From assembly GCA_052139735.1 (NCBI GenBank), contig JBKQWB010000014.1, positions 6,466 through 70,465 of the forward strand: DNA of 64,000 bases, in the 5' to 3' direction. Under the pieces are notes generated by a model. The model was not told the origin of the DNA. It was given only the letters and a program-made list of their open reading frames with translations, and searched no databases. Positions 55,781 through 64,000 of the stretch are shown piece by piece. The position numbers and the translations under genes were made by a program. This DNA comes from Smithella sp. (GTDB taxonomy: Bacteria > Desulfobacterota > Syntrophia > Syntrophales > Smithellaceae). Every line of letters begins with the position of its first letter. Positions within the stretch are counted from its first letter, which is position 1.

Positions 55781-56071
55781 CTATTTTTTAGTCTTTGATT
55801 TGGATGTTTCAACGCCTGATATTAAAAGCTCTTCCATTTTTGAATAATTCTGATCGGCTGCTTCTTTGAAATCATCCGTTACCTTCTTAGAAATGTTGGT
55901 CCATTCGCTAATGAAGGCCTTTGTCTGCTCAGGGAGCCATGGGGACTGTTGAAGAATATTATCCAAGGCCTTCGTTGTTTGTTCTTGCAACATAAGTACA
56001 GAATTGAAACCGGTTTCGAATGCAGCCTTATGATAATCAATCATTTGTTTCACCATTTTATTATTTTCCAT
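55781..56071 (-). CDS. Phasin-like protein (96 aa)
   Basis: MENNKMVKQMIDYHKAAFETGFNSVLMLQEQ... SD AAAGGAG precedes ATG 56071. Confidence 0.5.
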   Translation of the reverse strand: MENNKMVKQMIDYHKAAFETGFNSVLMLQEQTTKALDNILQQSPWLPEQTKAFISEWTNISKKVTDDFKEAADQNYSKMEELLISGVETSKSKTKK

Positions 56072-56316
56072 AATAAATACTCCTTTCATATTTTTTTCTT
56101 TCTGACTGTATTATAAGTAGCATTTTTCGTTTGTCAATAGAAAATGTTGCAATGCAATAATATTTATATAGACATAATTTGTTGGGGGTATATTATACTT
56201 ATAGTATATAATACAAATAGATAAGTTAATATTCTTCTTTAGCGCATTCGTGATTGTAATTATTTTATGTTGCATGATATTTAATAATTTAGTAAGGAAA
56301 ATCAAGGAGGATAATC

Positions 56317-56793
56317 ATGGAAGATAATACGCTTTTGCTAAAAAAATACACTAACCGCCGGTTATACGAAACGGAAAAAAGCATTTATGTCACACTGGAT
56401 TATGTAACCGATATCATCCGTCATGGCCGGAAAATTAAGGTAATGGACGCCAAAACCGGCGAAGATGTAACCTCCGCGATTCTCACGCAAATTGTTCTCG
56501 AAGAGGCACGCAAAAAGAAATATCTTCTTCCTGCTCCTTTACTTTACCTGATTATTCAGTATGGCGAAAATGTATTGACTGATTTTTTTGAGAAGTATCT
56601 GGAGCAAACCATTAAGAATTACCTTTTATTCCACAATATGGCTGACGATCAATTCAAGAAGTGGCTTGAGTATGGTGAAAGTTACTCCAAAATGAATCCC
56701 CAGACTATGACCGGTCTTTCCCCATTCAAACCTATTCTTGATTTATTTGCTGCTGCTACTTCTAAAAAAAAACAAGAAGATGACAAATCCTAA
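56317..56793 (+). CDS. phaR: PHA synthesis repressor PhaR
   Basis: LKKYTNRRLYETEKSIYVTLDYV...DVTSAILTQIVLEE (PHB_acc_N-type N-terminus). SD AAGGAGG. Confidence 0.85.
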   Translation: MEDNTLLLKKYTNRRLYETEKSIYVTLDYVTDIIRHGRKIKVMDAKTGEDVTSAILTQIVLEEARKKKYLLPAPLLYLIIQYGENVLTDFFEKYLEQTIKNYLLFHNMADDQFKKWLEYGESYSKMNPQTMTGLSPFKPILDLFAAATSKKKQEDDKS

Positions 56794-57399
56794 ATTTCTC
56801 TCGATTATGCCCAAGGGGAACGATTTGGATAAAACGATAGTTTAACTCTGTTTGCGACAGCCATAAAGGCTTTTACTAATTTGAATACCGGATATCCCTG
56901 AGAAGTTCTCATCCTTGCTTAACAACATAAGGAAGAAAGAAACTATTTAACTAATATTAAGGACTACTGATAACTAAATATTCAATTAATAATCTGATTA
57001 ATTTAAATGTGTTATTAGAATCTGAATTTGAAACTCAGATTTTGGATATTAATTATAAGACTGTACTGTATATGAAACTTAATGTTAACAAAATAATTTA
57101 TTTCCTTTCTGAAAGTCTTGTTTGACGAATTTTGAGAATTGTCCACCATTTCACTCGGAAATAATCATAAATGTACATTCCTTGGGGTAGGTTTAAGATA
57201 TAGAACTACAATATAGCAAGCTGTAAGGTTGTTTTTCTGTTTTTATAAATTCATGCAACCTTTCAATTCGTTATCCAGAAGGCTATGTTTCCCCCCTTTT
57301 TGAAAAAGAAGACATGTGCTATTGTCAATAAGTAAAGTTTTAGGAAAATCGAAGTTTTCACATAAAGCTTCGGAGACCGAGAGATGGCAGGAGTTTGAA

Positions 57400-57978
57400 A
57401 TGAAAAAGATCGTTTTAACTGATAAACTTCCCAACATACTGTCCATTGAATTTCATACCTGTTTCTTCCCTAGATTCCTGTGGAACCGTCTTAGTTCCAA
57501 AGAGCGGAGAGGGTCTGGTTTTAACTCATCTTTTGAACTCTATATTGCCTTGATAATCTGCGTTATCCTCGTAACTATTGGCATTCCCCCTGCAGTTTAT
57601 AGCAGGTCAATTGCCGGATGGATATCAAGTGGCATAGGCGCGGCAGGTATTTTGGTAATGATCATCAATAGTATAGCGTCGAGTTTGGGAGAATCTCCGT
57701 CAATCAACGATTTTCTTGTGGGCTTTTTTTTCTTCTTTGTAACCGCGGGTCTGACTGCCGGGATTTTTATCAGTACACTTGAACATTATCCATTTTCCCA
57801 GAGTCTATTGATAAGTGCTGCGGGGCTTATTGCAGGTTATGCGTTGGGCATACTCTCCGGTTTCGGGCTGCAATACGTAGGCTGGATAGCAGCATTATTG
57901 GACCCGCTGGCCGGCTTGATGGTTTTCGGAATGTTGGTCTTGGACATGGTACTTTTGTCGGGGGCTCTGTTTAGTTGA
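57400..57978 (+). CDS. Hypothetical integral membrane protein
   Basis: 192 aa from ATG 57400 (SD AGGAG). About 5 hydrophobic helices and Gly-rich. No family recognised. Confidence 0.5.
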   Translation: MKKIVLTDKLPNILSIEFHTCFFPRFLWNRLSSKERRGSGFNSSFELYIALIICVILVTIGIPPAVYSRSIAGWISSGIGAAGILVMIINSIASSLGESPSINDFLVGFFFFFVTAGLTAGIFISTLEHYPFSQSLLISAAGLIAGYALGILSGFGLQYVGWIAALLDPLAGLMVFGMLVLDMVLLSGALFS

Positions 57979-58051
57979 ATATCTGAAAAAGTGAACTCCT
58001 TATACTAATTGTTATTTATGTAATTTACGATTTTATGGGAGGTAAACGGCA

Positions 58052-58189
58052 ATGGGTATTTTGTATCAAGCAACGAGCTTAAATGGTTGGGCTATTTGGC
58101 TTTTTGTTCTTTTTGCTTTAATGGCTTTTAATTTGATTTGTCCATCTTTATCGTTTGGCCATGGCGCTCCGAAGAAATCGTATCATTAA
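58052..58189 (+). CDS. Possible 45-aa membrane peptide
   Basis: MGILYQATSLNGWAIWLFVLFALMAFNLICPSLSFGHGAPKKSYH. SD GGGAGG lies about 9 nt upstream. It is below the ORF-track cut-off. Confidence 0.3.
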   Translation: MGILYQATSLNGWAIWLFVLFALMAFNLICPSLSFGHGAPKKSYH

Positions 58190-58250
58190 ATTTGGTTTGT
58201 ATGTTGGAATGATAATCCCGATATTCATTGATTCCATCAAATATCCATCA

Positions 58251-59321
58251 CTAATTTTGTGTGTTTATCTTTACCTGCGTTGTTTCTATAATATACTGAA
58301 GAATTTTCGAACGGGTATGATATTGCAGGCAATGTTTTCGCGCCGTTTCTCCCATTTGTTTTAATCTGTCTTTGTTTTTCAGGGCGTTTTTTATAACATT
58401 ATATAAATGTTCGCCTTCAACACCGTAATAAAAACAGTGTTCCCCTTCCATCAGCGGCTGATATCTAATAATGGTCGGATAGTTAATTACAGGCACGGAT
58501 TCTGCCAAGCAGATTTCGTAGTGCCGTACACAATCCCAACCAAAACCGTTGGGGGACCACACCAGCCATGATCTGGAACAATAATTATAAAATTCGGGGA
58601 AAGGAATTCTGTCCGTAATGCATAAAACTTTATAACCTTCGTCCTCCAATTTTTTTAATAAATTAAAGCCATCTTGCCGTACTGTTGAATTAACAATGTT
58701 TCCGCAAAAGAAAATGTCAATATTTTTTAAATTTGCCCGATTATAATGAGCAATCTCATCCGGCACACCTAAACTGATGGGATAAATTTTTTTGATAATT
58801 TCATTATAGAATTTATTATCCTTAATGCTAGGTAAATCATTGCTCCTTTTATTTGCATTTAAGAACAATAGCACTTTATTTTGCGGCAGCTCGCGCTTGA
58901 AATAACAGTTGCATTTCCCAAGCAAATAGAAATCTTCTTTTTGTATTCTTGGCCTGTCGTCACTGTTGATTCCGGCAACTGGAATCCTGGTTTTTCCCAA
59001 CAGCAGGGGAAGTGTGGATAACCCGAGTGCGGGAAAATCAAAGAAAAGCATATGAATAAAATTACGGATATTTTTTAAAAGAGAACGGTCGTGAATATGT
59101 ATAGGGTAAGGATTGTTTCCACATAAAATCAAATCATAGTATCCGTTTTTTATTTTCTTTCGAAGTTCAAAAAAAAGAGGAATGGAAAAATACCTGCCGT
59201 TTTTATATCTGATTCTAGGATTTTTTTTCTGAATGCTTACACAATGAAAATTTTCATCGTTGCAATCCAGAAAATGTCCTATTTCACCCAATGCCAGAAT
59301 TTTGTATTTCATTTCTTTCAC
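58251..59321 (-). CDS. Glycosyltransferase-like protein (GT1/CgeB-like C-terminal domain)
   Basis: 356 aa and very AT-rich. The C-terminal region WSPNGFGWDCVRHYEICLAESVPVINYP...GEHCFYYG resembles GT-B donor-binding domains. Confidence 0.4.
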   Translation of the reverse strand: MKEMKYKILALGEIGHFLDCNDENFHCVSIQKKNPRIRYKNGRYFSIPLFFELRKKIKNGYYDLILCGNNPYPIHIHDRSLLKNIRNFIHMLFFDFPALGLSTLPLLLGKTRIPVAGINSDDRPRIQKEDFYLLGKCNCYFKRELPQNKVLLFLNANKRSNDLPSIKDNKFYNEIIKKIYPISLGVPDEIAHYNRANLKNIDIFFCGNIVNSTVRQDGFNLLKKLEDEGYKVLCITDRIPFPEFYNYCSRSWLVWSPNGFGWDCVRHYEICLAESVPVINYPTIIRYQPLMEGEHCFYYGVEGEHLYNVIKNALKNKDRLKQMGETARKHCLQYHTRSKILQYIIETTQVKINTQN

Positions 59322-59651
59322 TGATGGTTATAACTTTTTAAAGGTGTGTTTTCATTTTTATTACAATTGTTAATTTTAAGGCTAATCATATGCCTTGTAA
59401 AAATCAGGATTGTTTCCATATACATTAATAGAATTGATTTATCAATCACTTGAAAAAAGATATTTTCGTTTTGAAAGAATATAAGATTCTATCAATGATA
59501 GAAATGATTAATTTTTGCAAAGATTAACTAAATATAAAGTTTAACAGCCGCAAAAAAAGTTCCGATGTTTCATAAACATATCATACGACCGCAACAAGAT
59601 TTTAATATCCATCTGCTATAAAAATTAGTTTGAGGGAGGATGCTATTAATA

Positions 59652-60155
59652 ATGATCATAAAAAAATATCGCACTATTGTCACAATTGCGCTGTCGCTCA
59701 TTGGCATCGGATTGATGACGTATTACGACTATTGCGATACGGCATGCAGATATCTCAAAGGAGATATATGGGGGATTAATCTCAAATGGGTCGGCATTGC
59801 TTATATGCTTGTCATAATTATATTTGCCGCCCTTAGGATATCGCCATATGTGCGGGCGCTTTTGGCCGCCGGTCTCGGTGTTGAAGTGTATTTATATGCT
59901 TTTCAAGTACAAAATAATGTCTATTGTCCATTCTGTCTGGCATTTTCGGCAATGGTTATTTTGTCGTTTATATTTAATTATGAAGTGCCGTCCGTCTGGC
60001 GCAAAAAGAGTCCTTGGATATGGCTCTATTTACTTGGGGATGTTGATTTTTCTATAGTCAGGATTCACAATTTGCCATTATTGATTTTTAGTCTGTTGGG
60101 ATATCTAACTGTTTTGTTGACTTTTTCCGGTTTCGTCGTACCGACCTACGGATAA
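59652..60155 (+). CDS. VKOR-like (vitamin K epoxide reductase family) thiol-disulfide oxidoreductase membrane protein
   Basis: A loop Cys pair (YCDTAC) lies after TM1. GINLKWVGIAYMLV follows, with a CPFC redox motif at the start of a later TM. About 5 TM helices. Confidence 0.5.
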   Translation: MIIKKYRTIVTIALSLIGIGLMTYYDYCDTACRYLKGDIWGINLKWVGIAYMLVIIIFAALRISPYVRALLAAGLGVEVYLYAFQVQNNVYCPFCLAFSAMVILSFIFNYEVPSVWRKKSPWIWLYLLGDVDFSIVRIHNLPLLIFSLLGYLTVLLTFSGFVVPTYG

Positions 60156-60327
60156 GAAACTGTCCGAAACATTCCAACTCAGATCAGCGGAATAAATCTA
60201 TAATATCAATGCATTAACCTTTATTAACAAAAACATCATTATCCCGTCATTAAAACGCAATACAAAACATCTATATAAGCCATGCCTTAATAGGAAAGCC
60301 AGATCTATGGGCAATGAACATTAAATT

Positions 60328-60738
60328 ATGAATCGGATAAATAAAAAAAACGGCTTCACTATCATCGAACTTCTTATTGTTATTATTCTCGTGGGGATGG
60401 TGTTGTCAGTTGCCCTGCCGGTTTCATACGGTATGTATGAAACTTATAAGGCATCTCTGCGCGCTCAGGAAGTCATGACCTATGTTTCCGGATTGCGACG
60501 GGACGCTTTCCTTTACAGTGAACGTAAGGTTCTTTCATCGCAGGATGGCAATATGACAGTCGATGGGGAAAAGAAAATATTCAAAGAGATGGGTGTCCAT
60601 ATCTCCGAACCCATAGTTTTTTTCCGGAATGGAACATCGTCCGGGGGCGTCATTGAATTGAGCGTGGGAGATGTGGTCCAAAACCTTGTGGTTAAAACCC
60701 CGCTGGGTGATCTTTCCCTTGAAAGAAGTGGGACATGA
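60328..60738 (+). CDS. Minor pseudopilin, GspH-like
   Basis: Prepilin leader/cleavage motif KKNG-FTIIELLIVIILVGM. 136 aa. Confidence 0.65.
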   Translation: MNRINKKNGFTIIELLIVIILVGMVLSVALPVSYGMYETYKASLRAQEVMTYVSGLRRDAFLYSERKVLSSQDGNMTVDGEKKIFKEMGVHISEPIVFFRNGTSSGGVIELSVGDVVQNLVVKTPLGDLSLERSGT

Positions 60739-61166
60739 GAGGCAAAAATTCACGGGGATTTCTTGTTTTGGAGGTATTGATTGCCGGCCTCATCCTGACA
60801 GCGAGCATTGCATCCTCCATGTATCTCTTCAGAATGGGATTCGACCATATGGAGAGAGTGAACAATGTCAATCTTCTTTCGGCAAAATTGTTGCAGGCGG
60901 GAAGCCTCCTGAAGATTATGGAACTGGAAAGACAATCAGGAACGGAAGAGCTAGGCGATGGTGTGATCATGAAATGGGAAGCGCACCTCATTGCCCGAAA
61001 TAATCAGAATGAGCCGGGAACCAATTCTTTTAGCGGTGTTGCGGTCAAAAGAAATTCTTCACATGATCTGTTTTTATATAGGGTCGATTTTCTTTTGGAA
61101 TTTAAAGGGTCGATGAGGGAGTATCATATAAATGTTTTTCGTTCCCGTCCGTTATACTGGAGGTAG
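60735..61166 (+). CDS. Minor pseudopilin, GspI-like
   Basis: NSRG-FLVLEVLIAGLIL. 143 aa. A 4-nt overlap with the upstream gene. Confidence 0.55.
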   Translation: MRGKNSRGFLVLEVLIAGLILTASIASSMYLFRMGFDHMERVNNVNLLSAKLLQAGSLLKIMELERQSGTEELGDGVIMKWEAHLIARNNQNEPGTNSFSGVAVKRNSSHDLFLYRVDFLLEFKGSMREYHINVFRSRPLYWR

Positions 61167-61830
61167 GAGGTTCACCCTTTCAGGTTTTACTCTGATAGAG
61201 GTCATTGTGGCTATGGCGATTTGTTCGGCAATGCTTCTATTAGGAGGAATGGCCTTGAATCAAGGATTGAAGCAGTATCAAGGGCTGGTTGAAAAAGGAC
61301 TTTGTTTCTGGGAATACGCCCAGAATATCTGGACAGATAAAAGTTTTCATTCAACCATTGATTATTATGTGAATACGAATACAAGTGGCTGGTTTCCCTA
61401 TTTCAGAGGAAATCAGGAGGGCGTCTCATTTGTGACCTTGGCGCCTTTTGCCGGGGATCTGCCCGTTGTGGTTTGGATAAGAAAAGAAAGTACGGAAGAT
61501 GGAAAAGAAGGGCTTGTTTATTATGAACTGCCCGTTTACGCCAAATCTTACCGCGAACTCGAAGATGATTTTACTTCGGGCGCTTATAAAAAGGGCCGGT
61601 CGATTAGAATTTTAAAAGGCATTGACAGAGTTCAATTCGAATTTTACGGCTATGATATTCGTGATGAAAAACATAAATGGCGCAAGATTTTTGAAGGAGC
61701 GGAGACAAAGCAGCTTCCCTTGCTGGTTCGCATTGAATATGTGCAGGGTGATGAAAAAAGAATGATGACTTATGCAATTCATGTGAACTCTCAGTTGAAG
61801 CGGGGATATGCGGGCAAATATGGGAAATGA
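61132..61830 (+). CDS. Minor pseudopilin, GspJ-like
   Basis: TLSG-FTLIEVIVAMAI. 232 aa. It overlaps the upstream gene's 3' end. Confidence 0.55.
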   Translation: MFFVPVRYTGGRRFTLSGFTLIEVIVAMAICSAMLLLGGMALNQGLKQYQGLVEKGLCFWEYAQNIWTDKSFHSTIDYYVNTNTSGWFPYFRGNQEGVSFVTLAPFAGDLPVVVWIRKESTEDGKEGLVYYELPVYAKSYRELEDDFTSGAYKKGRSIRILKGIDRVQFEFYGYDIRDEKHKWRKIFEGAETKQLPLLVRIEYVQGDEKRMMTYAIHVNSQLKRGYAGKYGK

Positions 61831-62731
61831 AAGAGGGTCCGTGACGATTCTGATCGCGCTTTTGGCAGCGGTGATTCTTGCTTTGGGCTTAAGTTTCAAC
61901 TGGCTGGTCAAAGAGCATATCAGATCTTCCGAGAGTATTCGGGAAAAGGCCGAGGCTATTATAAAAACCCGTTCAGCTTATGATACGCTTATTTATCTTA
62001 TGCTTACAGGACAGGTTACCGAGAATAAAATTATGATTAGTCAGAGCGGCATCACTAATTTGAAATCAATACCTCTTGACGGGTCGGAAGTAATGATTGA
62101 AGAGGACGTTTTTGTACAGGCGCAAGACAGCAACGGGCGGCTTTCTCTGACAACGCAAAACCCGGATGCCCTGCGGAAGCTGATCAGAAATGAAACAGAC
62201 TCTGCAACGGCGGCAATATTTATTGATAGTTTTCAGGACTGGATTGACCAGGGTGATCTTGCCCGGATAAACGGGGCGAAAGCTCCATATTACACAAGCC
62301 ATGGATTCGCCTACACACCGCGGAATTATGATCTTCAATATTTGGAAGAGCTATCTCTGATCAGAGGCGTTGATGCTGACCTTTACAAAAAAATTTATCC
62401 ATCTCTGACGATTTTACCTAATACCGGTTTTAATCCTAATACGGCCAATGATTCCGTATTGAAGGCGTTTCTGAGTATCGATGACAGCAAGCTGGCGAAG
62501 ATCAAATCTTATACCGCAAAAAAAGTAATAACAACTATGCCGGAACTTGTCGCCTTAACCGGTAAAATGCTTTATCTGGAACAACCGGAGGGGTGGTTTA
62601 TGCCTTCATCATATCTGGATATTATTGTTCGCACAGGCAGTCCCCGGAGCTTCTATAAAATCAGCACCGGACTAACTATAGAATCCGGCATTTTTTATCC
62701 TTATTTTATTTGTTACTGGCGGGAGGAATAA
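61808..62731 (+). CDS. GspK-like pseudopilin
   Basis: N-terminal hydrophobic segment GSVTILIALLAAVILAL. A GspK-type helix-hairpin-helix signature: FNPNTANDSVLKAFLSI. Confidence 0.6.
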   Translation: MRANMGNERGSVTILIALLAAVILALGLSFNWLVKEHIRSSESIREKAEAIIKTRSAYDTLIYLMLTGQVTENKIMISQSGITNLKSIPLDGSEVMIEEDVFVQAQDSNGRLSLTTQNPDALRKLIRNETDSATAAIFIDSFQDWIDQGDLARINGAKAPYYTSHGFAYTPRNYDLQYLEELSLIRGVDADLYKKIYPSLTILPNTGFNPNTANDSVLKAFLSIDDSKLAKIKSYTAKKVITTMPELVALTGKMLYLEQPEGWFMPSSYLDIIVRTGSPRSFYKISTGLTIESGIFYPYFICYWREE

Positions 62732-62732
62732 T

Positions 62733-63920
62733 TTGGTGTCTAAATGGCAAGCCGCATATTTAGGGGAGAAAGGAGTGGAGATTTACCAGATGGCCGGTCA
62801 GGGTAAAGCCGGACTTCTTTACTCCGGTTCTCTAGATGGTCTGAAGTCCATCTCCGGCGGCATTGGGCGGCGTGTTCTTGTTTTAGGAAGAAATAAAGTA
62901 ATACGTATAAGGAAGCAATATCCTCCGATGAAGATGGAGAAGCTCCTGCGAGCAGTGGAGATGGAAACGCCGGCCCTTTTTCCCATGGTTAATTGCTCCT
63001 TTCACTGCAAAATTGTGGAGACATATCCCACGCACGTCATCCTAGATATATGGGCATGGGAACGGGAGCCTCTTGAACGTTTAAGTAAATATTTTGCCTT
63101 CGGTTATATCATTCCCGAAGATCTGGCTTTTCTTTCTTCGCCAGCCGGGATTTACATCTACCTATGCGGATCAATGATCCAGGTTATTGCCTGTGGAGAT
63201 GGAAGATTCATGGATGCAGCCTCATACCCGGCCGCAGATTTTTCTAAAGCGGACTTGGAGCGATTCCTGATGGGTCTCACTGGTAACGCTTCCTCAATCA
63301 AGGGAATCAGGTTCTATGGCGATACGGTGGTAGATGTGCCGTCGGCATTCATTTCCTGCGTGAAGAATATTCAGAAAATCGATAGTCCGCCTTTCCTGCA
63401 AGCGGTTGAGGGATCTTCTATCAAACCATTCCGCTTGAAAAACGGAATATGGCCTCTGAACATCAATAGAGAAGTCTTGCTTCGCTTTGCCATTTATACT
63501 GTTCTTGCCTATGGACTAATGATTTATTTAACTCTTCATAATTATGACAAAGCTCTGACGGATTTGAAAAATAAAGTCATAATGACCGACAAAGAGATAA
63601 ATAATTTAACCAATGGCGTCAAATTGCAGGGAGACCGGGAAGCAATAAACGAGTTAGATGCAAAAATGAAGGAAACTGTTTCGCCGCTAAAAATACTGGA
63701 TGTTCTGGCTACGGCGCTTCCGGAGGAAAGCTATTTAAAAAGTCTGGTTCTCAATAATGGCATACTGGAAATGACAGTGTCTGCTCGTGATCCTCTTATG
63801 GTCATTAAGAAACTCAGCCACAGCGAAAGAATCGGAAAAGTGAGCCTGAAGGGATCGCCGACTAAGGAGACCTCTTCGGGAATATATAACTTTGCCGTAG
63901 CAGTGGAGATAAAGCCATGA
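62733..63920 (+). CDS. GspL-like (PilM/PilN-fusion-like) assembly platform protein
   Basis: 395 aa. A cytoplasmic ~240-aa domain, one TM (LLRFAIYTVLAYGLMIYLTL), then a coiled coil plus a small periplasmic domain. SD GGGAGG. Confidence 0.5.
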   Translation: MVSKWQAAYLGEKGVEIYQMAGQGKAGLLYSGSLDGLKSISGGIGRRVLVLGRNKVIRIRKQYPPMKMEKLLRAVEMETPALFPMVNCSFHCKIVETYPTHVILDIWAWEREPLERLSKYFAFGYIIPEDLAFLSSPAGIYIYLCGSMIQVIACGDGRFMDAASYPAADFSKADLERFLMGLTGNASSIKGIRFYGDTVVDVPSAFISCVKNIQKIDSPPFLQAVEGSSIKPFRLKNGIWPLNINREVLLRFAIYTVLAYGLMIYLTLHNYDKALTDLKNKVIMTDKEINNLTNGVKLQGDREAINELDAKMKETVSPLKILDVLATALPEESYLKSLVLNNGILEMTVSARDPLMVIKKLSHSERIGKVSLKGSPTKETSSGIYNFAVAVEIKP

Positions 63921-64000
63921 AGGATTTAATCGCGAAGGGCGATAACCATTGGGTAAAAACCACAGGTGTTTACATCATTATAATTTTGGCCCTGCTGCGT
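63917..64000 (+). CDS. GspM/PilO-like protein, 5' end only
   Basis: ATG 63917 overlaps the upstream stop (ATGA). MKDLIAKGDNHWVKTTGVYIIIILALL has a TM anchor. It is truncated by the window edge. Confidence 0.4.
   Translation, partial: MKDLIAKGDNHWVKTTGVYIIIILALLR

Noticed and set aside
1-64000. I searched by eye for the following:
- rRNA, tRNA, tmRNA, RNase P and SRP RNA signatures.
- CRISPR arrays.
- IS elements (transposases, terminal inverted repeats), integrases and prophage genes.
- Toxin-antitoxin pairs and known defence-system hallmarks.
   Set aside because: None was found. The only repeats are the 54-bp pair, short palindromes and a 14-bp tandem duplication. Absence is based on manual inspection and should be confirmed with tRNAscan/Infernal, ISfinder and defence-system HMMs.

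Overview
This is a 64-kb chromosomal segment from a Gram-negative, evidently anaerobic bacterium. The gene content includes a glycyl radical enzyme, ferredoxin-fused EtfAB, superoxide-reductase-like and rubredoxin-like proteins, TusA/DsrE and a class III PHA synthase. That mix recalls Desulfobacterota/Syntrophia-type genomes, but the taxonomic guess is inference only. I can support about 60 protein genes, two of them apparently frameshifted. I found no rRNA or tRNA, no CRISPR array, and no transposase, integrase or phage genes.

Left to right:
- 1-2.1 kb: the 5' part of a glycyl radical enzyme, which is missing from the ORF track.
- 2.4-4.6 kb: DUF4337 and serA.
- 5-8.6 kb: a TSUP permease, cysD and fused cysNC (NodPQ-like PAPS formation).
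- 8.7-16.8 kb: a low-GC surface-glycan cluster. It holds two paralogous GT9-like genes, galE, GT4, GT2, a broken methyltransferase, an alkaline-phosphatase-superfamily enzyme and an acetyltransferase.
- 17.2-25.8 kb: a higher-GC block with an RraA-like gene, a porin and a TolC-RND-MFP efflux operon.
- 26-29 kb: an orphan receiver, NDH-2 and a frameshifted ohr.
- 29.2-34.3 kb: a redox/sulfur-trafficking gene string. It runs SOR-like, ferredoxin, NifS-like, NifU, DsrE-like, TusA, and also includes a Cys-rich protein, a thioesterase, OsmC and a Zn-ribbon protein.
- 34.7-41.9 kb: a REC-GAF-PAS hybrid kinase, an ECH-family protein, a LuxR-type regulator, ferritin and WrbA.
- 42.2-46.3 kb: Fd-EtfAB plus a CoA-transferase.
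- 46.4-56.8 kb: a large PHA locus.
- 57.4-64 kb: membrane proteins, a GT-like gene, a VKOR-like gene and a T2SS-like pseudopilin/assembly operon that runs off the right edge.

The observations most worth a second look:
- The PHA locus holds three different alpha/beta-fold proteins that all carry PhaC-type Cys, Asp and His motif contexts. They are class III PhaC, a 617-aa PhaC-like protein and a DUF3141 protein. Three phasin-like paralogues and an output-less GAF-GAF protein sit in the same locus.
- The NifS/IscS homologue lacks the PLP Schiff-base lysine (SGHK is replaced by AGNP). It sits in one gene string with NifU, DsrE-like and TusA.
- A 54-bp perfect repeat (34522-34575 and 41977-42030) contains a 9-bp-arm palindrome. 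Related AGTAGG-N5-CCTACT-type sites lie upstream of several redox genes and of the LuxR-type regulator.

All functional calls rest on motif recognition by eye; no database search was possible.
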